Source: an uncultured Clostridia bacterium (GTDB taxonomy: Bacteria > Bacillota > Clostridia > Christensenellales > UBA1242). From it: DNA of 64,000 nt. Below are positions 40,200-48,884 of this stretch, piece after piece. Each line of letters opens with the position of its first letter. Position 1 is the stretch's first letter. The position numbers and the translations under genes were made by a program. The notes under the pieces are model-generated. The model had not been told where the DNA came from, ran no database searches, and worked only from the letters and a program-made list of their open reading frames with translations. Location of the stretch: NCBI GenBank assembly GCA_944383685.1, contig CALWQM010000005.1, positions 15,171 to 79,170 on the forward strand. Direction: 5' to 3'.

Positions 40200-40766
40200 A
40201 TGCCATTAAATGATTGCGTAAAAGAAGTTAAAGAAGAAATCAAAAAAGAATCTAAAAAAGATTTTAATGATATTGAAACAATCAATGTGAAAGCAGAGTC
40301 TTCACTTGAAATTTTTTCAGGCTATAATTATGATACAAACGAAGTTTTGAATCAAGAACTTGCAGGTTATCTTGTGGAAAGAGCAGAGACCATCCCTTTG
40401 AAAAGTAAATTGAGAATTAAAATTTTCACAAAGACAGATGTTGATGAAAAAGAAGTTGAAAATGCATATAGAAGCAAGTTTAAAAAAGAGTTTGAAGATT
40501 ATGACAGAAAGCTGAAACAAAATGCAAGGTTTGCTTTTATTATGCTTCTGCTTGGTATTTTGTTTTTAGGATTTCTTATTTTGGAACAATATTTAATTGA
40601 CGAAATGGTTTTGTCAATTATCTTAGAAATCGCTTCTTGGGTTTTCATTTGGGAAGCAGTTGATGCATATTTTTTGCAACGGATACAGATTCGAGAAAAG
40701 CGTTTTCAAATGGCAAGGCTATATAAAGCAGAGTTTGAAATTGTTGAGATAGATTTGAATAAATAA
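40200..40766 (+). CDS. Hypothetical protein with two C-terminal TM helices
   Basis: RBS gagg; hydrophobic hairpin ending ILEIASWVFIWEAVDAYF. Confidence 0.7.
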   Translation: MPLNDCVKEVKEEIKKESKKDFNDIETINVKAESSLEIFSGYNYDTNEVLNQELAGYLVERAETIPLKSKLRIKIFTKTDVDEKEVENAYRSKFKKEFEDYDRKLKQNARFAFIMLLLGILFLGFLILEQYLIDEMVLSIILEIASWVFIWEAVDAYFLQRIQIREKRFQMARLYKAEFEIVEIDLNK

Positions 40767-40877
40767 TTTTATGGTGCTTGAACAATTCAAGTTTATTAAT
40801 CATATGCTGTTTTTATAATATTAAAATTTTAAATATTGGCTAGAAGTTTTCTAGTGTTTTGTTTATTGGAGGTAAAA

Positions 40878-41708
40878 ATGAAATATCAAATTATTGTGGA
40901 TAGTTGTGCAGATTTGGACAACAACCATCTTGATGGCACAGGTATAGGTTTAAAAATTGTTCCTTTAACAATCAATGTTGGGGATAAAGAATATGTTGAT
41001 TTAGAAGGTGTTAATATTGATGAAATGTTAAACGAACTTAAAACACCTAAAATAAAAAGTTCAAGTGCTTGCCCAAGCCCAGAAAGTTTTGAAAGAGAAT
41101 TTCAAAATGCAGAATACACTTTTGTGGTGACAATAACATCTAAACTTTCTGGATGTTACAACAGTGCATTATTGGCAGAAAACAACTATGCAGATTCTGC
41201 ACATGTTCATGTTATAGACTCGAAAGCAGTTTCAGGAACTGAAATTTTGATTGTTGACAAGCTTGTGGAACTTATTAAAGCAGACCTTGATTTTGACACA
41301 ATTGTGCATGAAATTGAAAAGTTTAGAGATAATTGCACACTACTGTTCTCACTTCAAAGATTTGACAACCTTGTCAACAATGGGCGTATGAGCAGGATTG
41401 CAGGAATTATTGCCAGCACAATTTCCTTAAAACCAATTTGCAAGGCTGTGGATGGCGAAATTAAAATAATTAAAAAGATAATTGGAAGTAAACAACTTTT
41501 TCCAAAAATTGCATGGATGATTAAAGATGAATTAAAGGGTGACACAAACAGAAAAATAATAATAAGTCATTGCCATGGTGAGGAAGAAGCAAACATATTA
41601 AAAGAACAAATTGAGAAAATTTGTGAAGATAAAAATATTGTCATTATTCCTATGAAAGCCCTCACAAGTTACTATGCCCTTGAAAAAGGTGTTATTGTTT
41701 GTTTCTAA
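40878..41708 (+). CDS. DegV family fatty acid-binding protein (FakB-like)
   Basis: IIVDSCAD, SSACPSP, ITSKLSGCYNSA, IDSK, NLVNNGR; RBS ggagg before ATG 40878. Confidence 0.92.
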   Translation: MKYQIIVDSCADLDNNHLDGTGIGLKIVPLTINVGDKEYVDLEGVNIDEMLNELKTPKIKSSSACPSPESFEREFQNAEYTFVVTITSKLSGCYNSALLAENNYADSAHVHVIDSKAVSGTEILIVDKLVELIKADLDFDTIVHEIEKFRDNCTLLFSLQRFDNLVNNGRMSRIAGIIASTISLKPICKAVDGEIKIIKKIIGSKQLFPKIAWMIKDELKGDTNRKIIISHCHGEEEANILKEQIEKICEDKNIVIIPMKALTSYYALEKGVIVCF

Positions 41709-41723
41709 ATTGCTTAAAATCCT

Positions 41724-41752
41724 TTGACAAATTTTTCTTAAAAGGTTAAAAT
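41724..41752 (+). promoter_or_regulatory. SigA-type promoter
   Basis: TTGACA-N17-TAAAAT. Confidence 0.7.
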
Positions 41753-41776
41753 GAAAATAGTTAAAAGGAGAGGGAT

Positions 41777-42259
41777 ATGAAAGAAGGAATGAAAAAAGCA
41801 CTTTTGACATTTGCTGCGGTTGTCTTTGCTGGCCTTACTTATGTTTTCTTTGCCGTTGAAAATGTTTTCATGGGCGAGGGAGATCACACAATTGGAACAA
41901 CAGGTTTCGATTTGTATGAAGGCGGAAGTGACTTTATGAAAGCAATGCTTATCTTAACTTGCATTTTTGTTGGGCTTACAGTTTTGTTTGGGCTTATCAA
42001 ACTTGTGACTGATTCCAAAATGGTTAAAAGCAAGTCCGCATCAAAGATTGTTAATTTCATCTTTGTTGTAAGTGCAATTGCAATGGTTGTTTGTGCAGTG
42101 CTTTACACAATTGCAATCGCTTCAATGTGCAATGACACAACATTGGTTGGGGATTACAGACTTTTAAATCCAACAGTATGGTCACTTGTTTTGCTTGCTG
42201 TTTTTCCATTTATTGGACTTGTGCTTGGCATGTTTTCACTTCAAAGCAAAAAGAAGTAA
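41777..42259 (+). CDS. Hypothetical 4-TM membrane protein
   Basis: Own promoter, RBS and terminator; four hydrophobic segments. Confidence 0.75.
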   Translation: MKEGMKKALLTFAAVVFAGLTYVFFAVENVFMGEGDHTIGTTGFDLYEGGSDFMKAMLILTCIFVGLTVLFGLIKLVTDSKMVKSKSASKIVNFIFVVSAIAMVVCAVLYTIAIASMCNDTTLVGDYRLLNPTVWSLVLLAVFPFIGLVLGMFSLQSKKK

Positions 42260-42265
42260 ATAACT

Positions 42266-42295
42266 AAAAACACATTGAAAATCAATGTGTTTTTT
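42266..42295 (+). terminator. Intrinsic terminator
   Basis: aaaaacacattga-aaa-tcaatgtgtttttt. Confidence 0.8.
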
Positions 42296-42435
42296 ATTGC
42301 AAATAAGATTAAATATGCATTAACAAGAAATTTTTATGAACCTATATAGTTAGTAATTATTAAATTGCAAAAGCTTTAATTTATTTTGTAATAACAAATT
42401 TAAGTGTTATAATAAAAAGAGGCGAAAGATAAATT

Positions 42436-43206
42436 ATGTTTGTTTGGTCAAAGGCAGAAGGAGTTGTTTTGCCAATTTCTTTATTGATTATACTTGTTTT
42501 AGCAGTGGGAACTTATTATATAACAAGAAACAAAAGTCAATTAATTAGACAAATTCCACTTATGATTATTTCAACAATTATGTTGGCACTTGAAATTGCA
42601 AAGCAAATCATAAGCATTGTTAACGGTTATAGTTTATGGAGTATTCCACTTCATTTTTGCAGTTTATTTCTTTATTTTTTTCCATTGGCAAGTTTTGCAA
42701 AAGGAAAATTAGGTGATTTTGGAAGAACAATGTCGTTTGCTTGTGGTACTCTATTTCTTGTTTTGTTTTACATAAATCCAGGATCAATAATTGGGGATGC
42801 ATGTGCAAATATCTTTACTTCTTTCTCGACTTTTCATACATTTATATATCATCATTTGATAACTCTTTTTTATTTAGTTATGCTTTTATCAAAAATTTAT
42901 AAGCCTACCATATTTGATTTTCTTTATGTTTTTATTGGCATCACAGTTTATGCAGTTGTTGCAATTCCACTTGCTCATATACTTAATGTTAACTTCTGTT
43001 CGCTTTTAACAAATGTTGTGCCATTCTTAGAAGCAATTAGGCTTCAAGTTGGGCAGGTTTTTTATACAATTTTTATGTATTTATGCGGAATAGGTGGTGG
43101 ATTGCTTGCTGTTGGGCTTTCAAATTTGGTAAAATACTTAGTGAATAAAAATAAAAAGAAAAAAGATTCTTTTGAAATTATTATGCACACAATAAAACTT
43201 GATTAA
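42436..43206 (+). CDS. YwaF/TMEM164-related integral membrane protein (paralog 2)
   Basis: LEIAKQ, IPLHFCS, HTFIYHH, VNFCSL. Confidence 0.78.
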   Translation: MFVWSKAEGVVLPISLLIILVLAVGTYYITRNKSQLIRQIPLMIISTIMLALEIAKQIISIVNGYSLWSIPLHFCSLFLYFFPLASFAKGKLGDFGRTMSFACGTLFLVLFYINPGSIIGDACANIFTSFSTFHTFIYHHLITLFYLVMLLSKIYKPTIFDFLYVFIGITVYAVVAIPLAHILNVNFCSLLTNVVPFLEAIRLQVGQVFYTIFMYLCGIGGGLLAVGLSNLVKYLVNKNKKKKDSFEIIMHTIKLD

Positions 43207-43216
43207 GGAGTGAAAA

Positions 43217-44110
43217 ATGAATTGGTTTGAAAAAATACTGGCAGGGCTTAATGGTAAAATGGAAACGCCTCTTGCCTATGGATGGTTCCATTTAATGTGT
43301 TGGTTTTTGGTTATTGTTTTGACAGTTATCTTGGTTATGCTGGCAATCAGGTATCGTAAAGACGATGCAAAAATTGCAAAAATAACCAGAATAGTTGTTT
43401 TAACTTATTCAATTTTAGGTATAATTCTTGAAATCTATAAACAACTTAATTTTTCTTTTACTCCAACCGAATATGGTGGTGTTTGGGATTATCGTTGGTA
43501 TGCTTTTCCTTTTCAATTTTGTTCCACTCCTATGTATATTGGGCTTATTGCAGGGTGTCTTAAAAAAGGTAAATTTCAAGAATATTTATATTCATATTTA
43601 GCCACCTTTGCCTTGTTTGCGGGACTATGTGTTATGATTTATCCAGGTGATGTTTTCACAAGAACAGTCGGCTTAAACATTCAAACAATGGTTTGCCATG
43701 GTGGAATGGTTGTTATGGGAATTTATCTGTTGTTTTCTGGTATGGTCAAACTTGAATGGAAAACAATTTTCAAAGCATTGAGTGTTTTTGCTGTGCTTGT
43801 TTGCATTGCAGATGTGTTCAACATTATTTATCACTTTGCAGGTGGAACAGAAACTTGCAATCTATTCCTTATAAGTCCATACTTCCCATGCACGTTGCCA
43901 ATTCTCAGTATGATTTATGAAGTTGTGCCTTATCCTGTCTTTTTAATCATTTATATCATTGGCTTTACACTTGCGGCTTTTGTTATGCTTGCAGTTGCCA
44001 TTGGAATTGACAGGCTGATTAAACATAAGAAGAAAATCAAAGTTTGGCATGGCTTAGAAGATGATGCTGTTATGGATAAAATTTTTGATGCTATGAAAAA
44101 TTTAGAATAG
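43217..44110 (+). CDS. YwaF/TMEM164-related integral membrane protein (paralog 3)
   Basis: YGWFH, LEIYKQ, FPFQFCSTPMY, QTMVCHG, NLFLISP. Confidence 0.8.
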   Translation: MNWFEKILAGLNGKMETPLAYGWFHLMCWFLVIVLTVILVMLAIRYRKDDAKIAKITRIVVLTYSILGIILEIYKQLNFSFTPTEYGGVWDYRWYAFPFQFCSTPMYIGLIAGCLKKGKFQEYLYSYLATFALFAGLCVMIYPGDVFTRTVGLNIQTMVCHGGMVVMGIYLLFSGMVKLEWKTIFKALSVFAVLVCIADVFNIIYHFAGGTETCNLFLISPYFPCTLPILSMIYEVVPYPVFLIIYIIGFTLAAFVMLAVAIGIDRLIKHKKKIKVWHGLEDDAVMDKIFDAMKNLE

Positions 44111-44180
44111 TTGATAAACAATAATATATAAAAATTAAATTTTACTATTAAAGATTTTAAATTTAAAGTTTGAATTAGAA

Positions 44181-44212
44181 AAAAGGATAGATATTAATTA
44201 CTCTATCCTTTT
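44181..44212. terminator. Bidirectional terminator
   Basis: aaaaggataga...tctatcctttt between convergent genes. Confidence 0.7.
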
Positions 44213-44227
44213 AATTTTACGATTATT

Positions 44228-45160
44228 TTATAACGCAATGGTTTCGGTAAATCCATTTTTATATTCAAACAAATATCCTGTTTCTAAAACTGTAATAGTA
44301 AAGGTTTCTTTAATTTCATTTTCGTTTGTTGAATTTTTAACTTCAACACTATATTTATTTGGATTATTATTATATTGTGTCAATTCATATTTAACTTCAC
44401 TTTTAATCTCTGTAGAATTATCTATGAATTCAAGCTCCAATTTTTTTTCAGATCTTTCATTTTCATATTCTACTTCTGTTTTATTTAACAATCTATTGTT
44501 TTTGTAAATAGAATATTCATATTCAATTTCATCATTTTCAGCACTATGTTCGATTTCCACATAATCATTTGGAGTATCCATTGACCAAGTTTTAAATTCA
44601 ATAGAAACCTCAGTTTCTCTTCCTTCCTTTTCATACTCTCTCATACCTGACACATTAAAGGTTTCATTTCCAACTGTAATTACTCCTTCAAGTGTTGTGT
44701 TTATTTCAAGTTCAATTTCATTATCATCAATTTCTTCTTTTGTTTCTGTATTTATTTCTTTATAATACATAACAAAAGTTTCTGTTTCTCCAGTGATTGT
44801 AGGGATACTCATTGTCATTTTAAGATTATATGTTCCATAATATTCATCGTTTTCTGTGACTTCACCATTTGAAAAATAATCATTCCCACTTGATAATAGA
44901 CCTTGAAACATATCCATATAACTTGCTATGCTGTTAACATCTGTTTCACTTATAGTTGAAGGTCGTGAAACTTCGTTCATTGAACTTAAACTTTGTGTTC
45001 CAGATTCTTGTAAATAACTTACACTTGAAACAGCTGCCATAGCATAAAAATTCTGAGCATCAATGTTAGATTGATTTTCTCCACAACAACCCGCAGAAAT
45101 CACACCAACTGAAGCAACCATTGCACATGCCAGTCCAAACCCTAAAAGCTTTTTTTTCAT
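44228..45160 (-). CDS. Acidic lipoprotein of unknown function
   Basis: MKKK, hydrophobic stretch and ISAG-C lipobox; Glu-rich beta-strand-like body; RBS aggagg. Confidence 0.75.
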   Translation of the reverse strand: MKKKLLGFGLACAMVASVGVISAGCCGENQSNIDAQNFYAMAAVSSVSYLQESGTQSLSSMNEVSRPSTISETDVNSIASYMDMFQGLLSSGNDYFSNGEVTENDEYYGTYNLKMTMSIPTITGETETFVMYYKEINTETKEEIDDNEIELEINTTLEGVITVGNETFNVSGMREYEKEGRETEVSIEFKTWSMDTPNDYVEIEHSAENDEIEYEYSIYKNNRLLNKTEVEYENERSEKKLELEFIDNSTEIKSEVKYELTQYNNNPNKYSVEVKNSTNENEIKETFTITVLETGYLFEYKNGFTETIAL

Positions 45161-45389
45161 AAAATATCCTCCTTATAATTTTATAACATATTTATTTTCA
45201 TTTGGTCAACTAAATAAACATACACAAGATTATATAAAGAATGATTGAAACATAAAAAATATAAAAAGTAAAAAGATAGTGTTTTAAAATGATTACACTA
45301 TCTTTTTATTAAAATTTAACAAATGATATGTTTTATTTTAAATATTTATGTACAGACTTAAAGACTTTTTTATGATAATATAAAATTAA

Positions 45390-45803
45390 TTATTTTTTCT
45401 TTTGGAACTTACCATCTTTTTTATGTACTATAACTTTTAAATTTTGAGACTCACAAAGTTCTTTAACTCGTTTAAGAGCTTCTTCTTTTGTTGGGTAAGA
45501 GGTTATAACTCTCTTTGCTCCATCTTTCTTAATTTGCCAAGTTTTATCTTCTTTGTTGTAAATAACTCTGTAAACACCCTTCTTTTCTTTTTGTTCCACT
45601 TTTTCCTCCTTATCTTCTTTTGGAGTTTTGTTTTCCTTTGTTTTAACTGTTTTTGCAGCAGTCTTTTTTTGTTTTGTTTCTTTCACAGTTTTTTCTTCTT
45701 CTTTTACGGAACTATCGTTTTCTTTTTCTTCAACTTCTTGTGTTTGTGCCTTTTCAATTTTTTCTTCGTTTTTAGATTTCTTTTTCTTTCCAAATAACCA
45801 CAT
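45390..45803 (-). CDS. DUF2188 domain protein with charged N-terminal extension
   Basis: WQIKKDGAKR...TKEEA...VIVHKKDGKFQ. Confidence 0.78.
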   Translation of the reverse strand: MWLFGKKKKSKNEEKIEKAQTQEVEEKENDSSVKEEEKTVKETKQKKTAAKTVKTKENKTPKEDKEEKVEQKEKKGVYRVIYNKEDKTWQIKKDGAKRVITSYPTKEEALKRVKELCESQNLKVIVHKKDGKFQKKK

Positions 45804-45878
45804 ATTTTTTTCTCCTTATATTAATAATTATATAACTTTTTGTTTGAAAAATCAATAGCTATTTATCATTAAAAAAAT

Positions 45879-46262
45879 TTAATTTTCATATAAGGCTTCA
45901 TAAATTTCTTTTGCAGTGTTGATTGCTTTAAAAAGGTTTTTAATTGCAATATTTTTCACAAGGTCTTCACTTGCAGAAAGATAGGAACCTAAATACATTG
46001 AAATTTGATTTAATGCTTTAATTAATTCCATATTATTTGGATAATCATAGTCATTGGTTTCTTGAATATTTTCACCAATAACCTCTTCAATTTCTTTAAA
46101 GCAATCTTTGATTAATGCTTTCATTAAAATTTGACCATTTTTACTGTATTTTTGAGATTCTTGAATTTCTCCATCATTAACCATCATTTCACATTTTATG
46201 AAAGAGTCACATGCATTTGCTGTGGTCTCTAAAAGTTCAGCGATGATATCTAAATTTGCCAT
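45879..46262 (-). CDS. Hypothetical helical protein
   Basis: RBS ggagg before ATG 46262; TTGAAA-N17-TATAAT promoter upstream. Confidence 0.65.
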   Translation of the reverse strand: MANLDIIAELLETTANACDSFIKCEMMVNDGEIQESQKYSKNGQILMKALIKDCFKEIEEVIGENIQETNDYDYPNNMELIKALNQISMYLGSYLSASEDLVKNIAIKNLFKAINTAKEIYEALYEN

Positions 46263-46349
46263 TTTTGCCTCCAATATTTTCTTTTTCAATTATAACAATT
46301 TTTAAAATTTTTTCAAAGTATATATTAATTAATTTTTATTTTATATTAA

Positions 46350-46378
46350 TTGACTTAAAAAAATAAGAGAGTTATAAT
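46350..46378 (+). promoter_or_regulatory. SigA promoter of mscS-dinB
   Basis: TTGACT-N17-TATAAT. Confidence 0.75.
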
Positions 46379-46399
46379 TTCTCCAAAGGAGTACAAAAG

Positions 46400-47494
46400 A
46401 TGGATTGGGGAAAAATTTGGGATGACATTGTTAACTATTTTTCAACTAATGCTTGGAACATTTTATTTTTCTTTGTCATTTTAATTTTAGGTATCATAAT
46501 CATTAAAATTTTGCTTACAGTGATAAGAAAGGTTTTAAGCAAAACCAAGATGGAAAAAATTGCACAGCAATTTATCTGCACAACGATTAAATTTTGCTTG
46601 TGGCTTGTTTTGATATTACTTTTGTTAAGTCAAATAGGTATTGAGATTACAGGTATTTTGACAACAATAAGTGCACTTATTCTTGCTGTTGGTATGGCAC
46701 TTGAAAGTAACATGGCAAACCTTGCAAATGGCATTGTTATGGTTTCTAACCACATGTTTAAAAAGGGTGATTACATAATTGTTGATGGAGTTGAGGGGAA
46801 CATCACAGACATCAATTTCCTTTTCACAACTCTCATGACTTCGGATAATAAAAAGGTGACAATTCCAAACTCAACTTTGGTTAACAGCAGTGTTTCAAAC
46901 TTGGGCGCAAATCCAAAAAGGAGAGTTGATTTCACATTTTCAGTTGCCTATGAAAGTGATGTTGAGCTTGTTAAAAAAATTGTTATTGCTGTGATGAAGA
47001 GTGATGGCAGAGTTTATCTTGCCCCAGAACCATTTTGCCGCCTTAAAACAATGAATGCATCAAGTTTGGATTTCTTCGCAAATTGCTGGTGTGACAATGA
47101 AGATTATTGGGATGTTTATTATTATGTTATGGAATGGGTTTATAACGAGTTTAAACGAAACAAAATTTCTGTTCCATACAATCAACTTGAAGTTAGGGAA
47201 CGCAAAGATAAAGTGCCAAACATTGTTATTGGAAAAGCTTTACCAAAACGAGTTGAAAAAATTAGACCAGAAAAGAAGCTAGATATGTTAACTTCTTGGA
47301 AGGTTAAAATGACCAGGAAGGAAAGAAAACAAGAGAAGAAAAAGAATAAAAAATTAAAAAAGCTTGAACAAACAGAAAATCAAAACTTTGACGAAGCGGA
47401 TACACAAAATAAAACTGTTGAAGAAGTGAATACAGTTGAAGTAAAAGAAGCTGAGACAAAGAAAAATCCAAAAAAAGATAAGAAAAAAGCATGA
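46400..47494 (+). CDS. mscS: Small-conductance mechanosensitive channel (MscS family)
   Basis: Three N-terminal TMs, NLANG, FKKGDYI, IPNS, RRVD, VPYNQ. Confidence 0.9.
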   Translation: MDWGKIWDDIVNYFSTNAWNILFFFVILILGIIIIKILLTVIRKVLSKTKMEKIAQQFICTTIKFCLWLVLILLLLSQIGIEITGILTTISALILAVGMALESNMANLANGIVMVSNHMFKKGDYIIVDGVEGNITDINFLFTTLMTSDNKKVTIPNSTLVNSSVSNLGANPKRRVDFTFSVAYESDVELVKKIVIAVMKSDGRVYLAPEPFCRLKTMNASSLDFFANCWCDNEDYWDVYYYVMEWVYNEFKRNKISVPYNQLEVRERKDKVPNIVIGKALPKRVEKIRPEKKLDMLTSWKVKMTRKERKQEKKKNKKLKKLEQTENQNFDEADTQNKTVEEVNTVEVKEAETKKNPKKDKKKA

Positions 47495-48714
47495 GTGAAC
47501 TAAGAGCCATTTTGCATTGCGACTTGAACAATTTTTATGCAAGTTGCGAATGTTTAATTAACAAGGAACTTAAAGGAAAGCCTGTTGCTGTTGGTGGGAA
47601 TGAAGAAGACAGGCACGGTGTGATTGTGGCGGCAAACTATGAGGCAAAAAAATTTGGTGTGCGTTGTGGAGTTACCACATATCAAGCAAAGAAACTTTGC
47701 CCAGAGATACAAATTTGTCAACCACATTTTGAAGTGTATAACAAATATTCAAAACTTGTTAGAAATATTTATGAAGAATATACCGACCAAGTGGAAGTGT
47801 TTTCAATTGACGAATGTTGGCTTGATGTTACACACAGCAAAATTTTTGGAAATCCAATTAAAATCGCTAATGAAATAAGGGAAAGAGTGAAAAAGGAAAT
47901 CGGGCTGACAATTTCAGTTGGGGTGAGTTTTAATAAGACCTTTGCAAAAATTGGAAGTGATTTGAAAAAGCCAGATGCAACAACTGTTATCACACAAGAA
48001 AATTTCAAACAAAAGGTTTGGAATTTGCCAATTGGATACATGTTTGGTGTTGGAAGAAAAAGTCAGGAAAAACTTTTAAAACTTGGAATCAACACAATAG
48101 GAGATTTGGCAAACACAGATAAAGAATTTTTAAGCAAGGAATTTGGAAAGGTTGGCGAAGAACTTTATCTTAAAGCAAATGGGCTGGACAATGATGAAGT
48201 TGGATATGTTACTGATGAAGTTATGCCCAAAAGCATTGGTAACAGTTCAACTTTTTATAAAGACTTGACAACTAAAAAAGAAATTGAACTTGCGTTCACA
48301 GTTATTGCAGAAAGTGTTGTGGAACGCATGATAAAAAAAGGAATTGAGCATGCAAGAACAGTGGCAATAGTTGTAAGGGACAGCGATTTAAAATTCTACC
48401 AAAGGCAAACCAAAATTCAGCCATGCAGAAGCAGTGAGATTTTTGCAAAAACTGCAATAAAATTGTTTTATGAAAGTTTTTCAAACATAAAAAAAGTGAG
48501 ATTGCTGGGAATTTCTGTAAGTGGTTTTCAAGAGGAAAATCAGCTCAGTATGTTTGACAGTGCAGGAAACAAAGATGTGCTTGATGAAGTTATGCTTAAA
48601 ATTAGAGATAAGTTTGGACATAATATAATCAAAAGAGGTAATGCCTTAGTTGATGAAAAAATTGCAAAATCAATGGATCGTGTTCAGTTAGATAAACTTA
48701 ATAAGGATGAATAA
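47491..48714 (+). CDS. dinB: DNA polymerase IV (Y family)
   Basis: HCDLNNFYASCE, AANYEAK, SIDECWLD, AKIGSDLKKPD; ATGA overlap with mscS. Confidence 0.94.
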   Translation: MSELRAILHCDLNNFYASCECLINKELKGKPVAVGGNEEDRHGVIVAANYEAKKFGVRCGVTTYQAKKLCPEIQICQPHFEVYNKYSKLVRNIYEEYTDQVEVFSIDECWLDVTHSKIFGNPIKIANEIRERVKKEIGLTISVGVSFNKTFAKIGSDLKKPDATTVITQENFKQKVWNLPIGYMFGVGRKSQEKLLKLGINTIGDLANTDKEFLSKEFGKVGEELYLKANGLDNDEVGYVTDEVMPKSIGNSSTFYKDLTTKKEIELAFTVIAESVVERMIKKGIEHARTVAIVVRDSDLKFYQRQTKIQPCRSSEIFAKTAIKLFYESFSNIKKVRLLGISVSGFQEENQLSMFDSAGNKDVLDEVMLKIRDKFGHNIIKRGNALVDEKIAKSMDRVQLDKLNKDE

Positions 48715-48735
48715 ACCACTTGTAAATTGTGTATT

Positions 48736-48851
48736 TGTGGATAACTTATTTGCTTATTTTTAAGGAAAAACAAAATTTTTAAACAAAAAGTGTTTGATGA
48801 TTTAAAATTTTCAACTTTTACTAAAATTAGAAGCCAGGTTTATGTGGATAA
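48736..48851. promoter_or_regulatory. Two perfect DnaA boxes (TGTGGATAA) in an AT-rich intergenic region
   Basis: TGTGGATAA at 48736-48744 and 48843-48851, same orientation. Confidence 0.5.
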
Positions 48852-48884
48852 GTTTTAAAACATAATTTAAAGGAGGATAAAATT

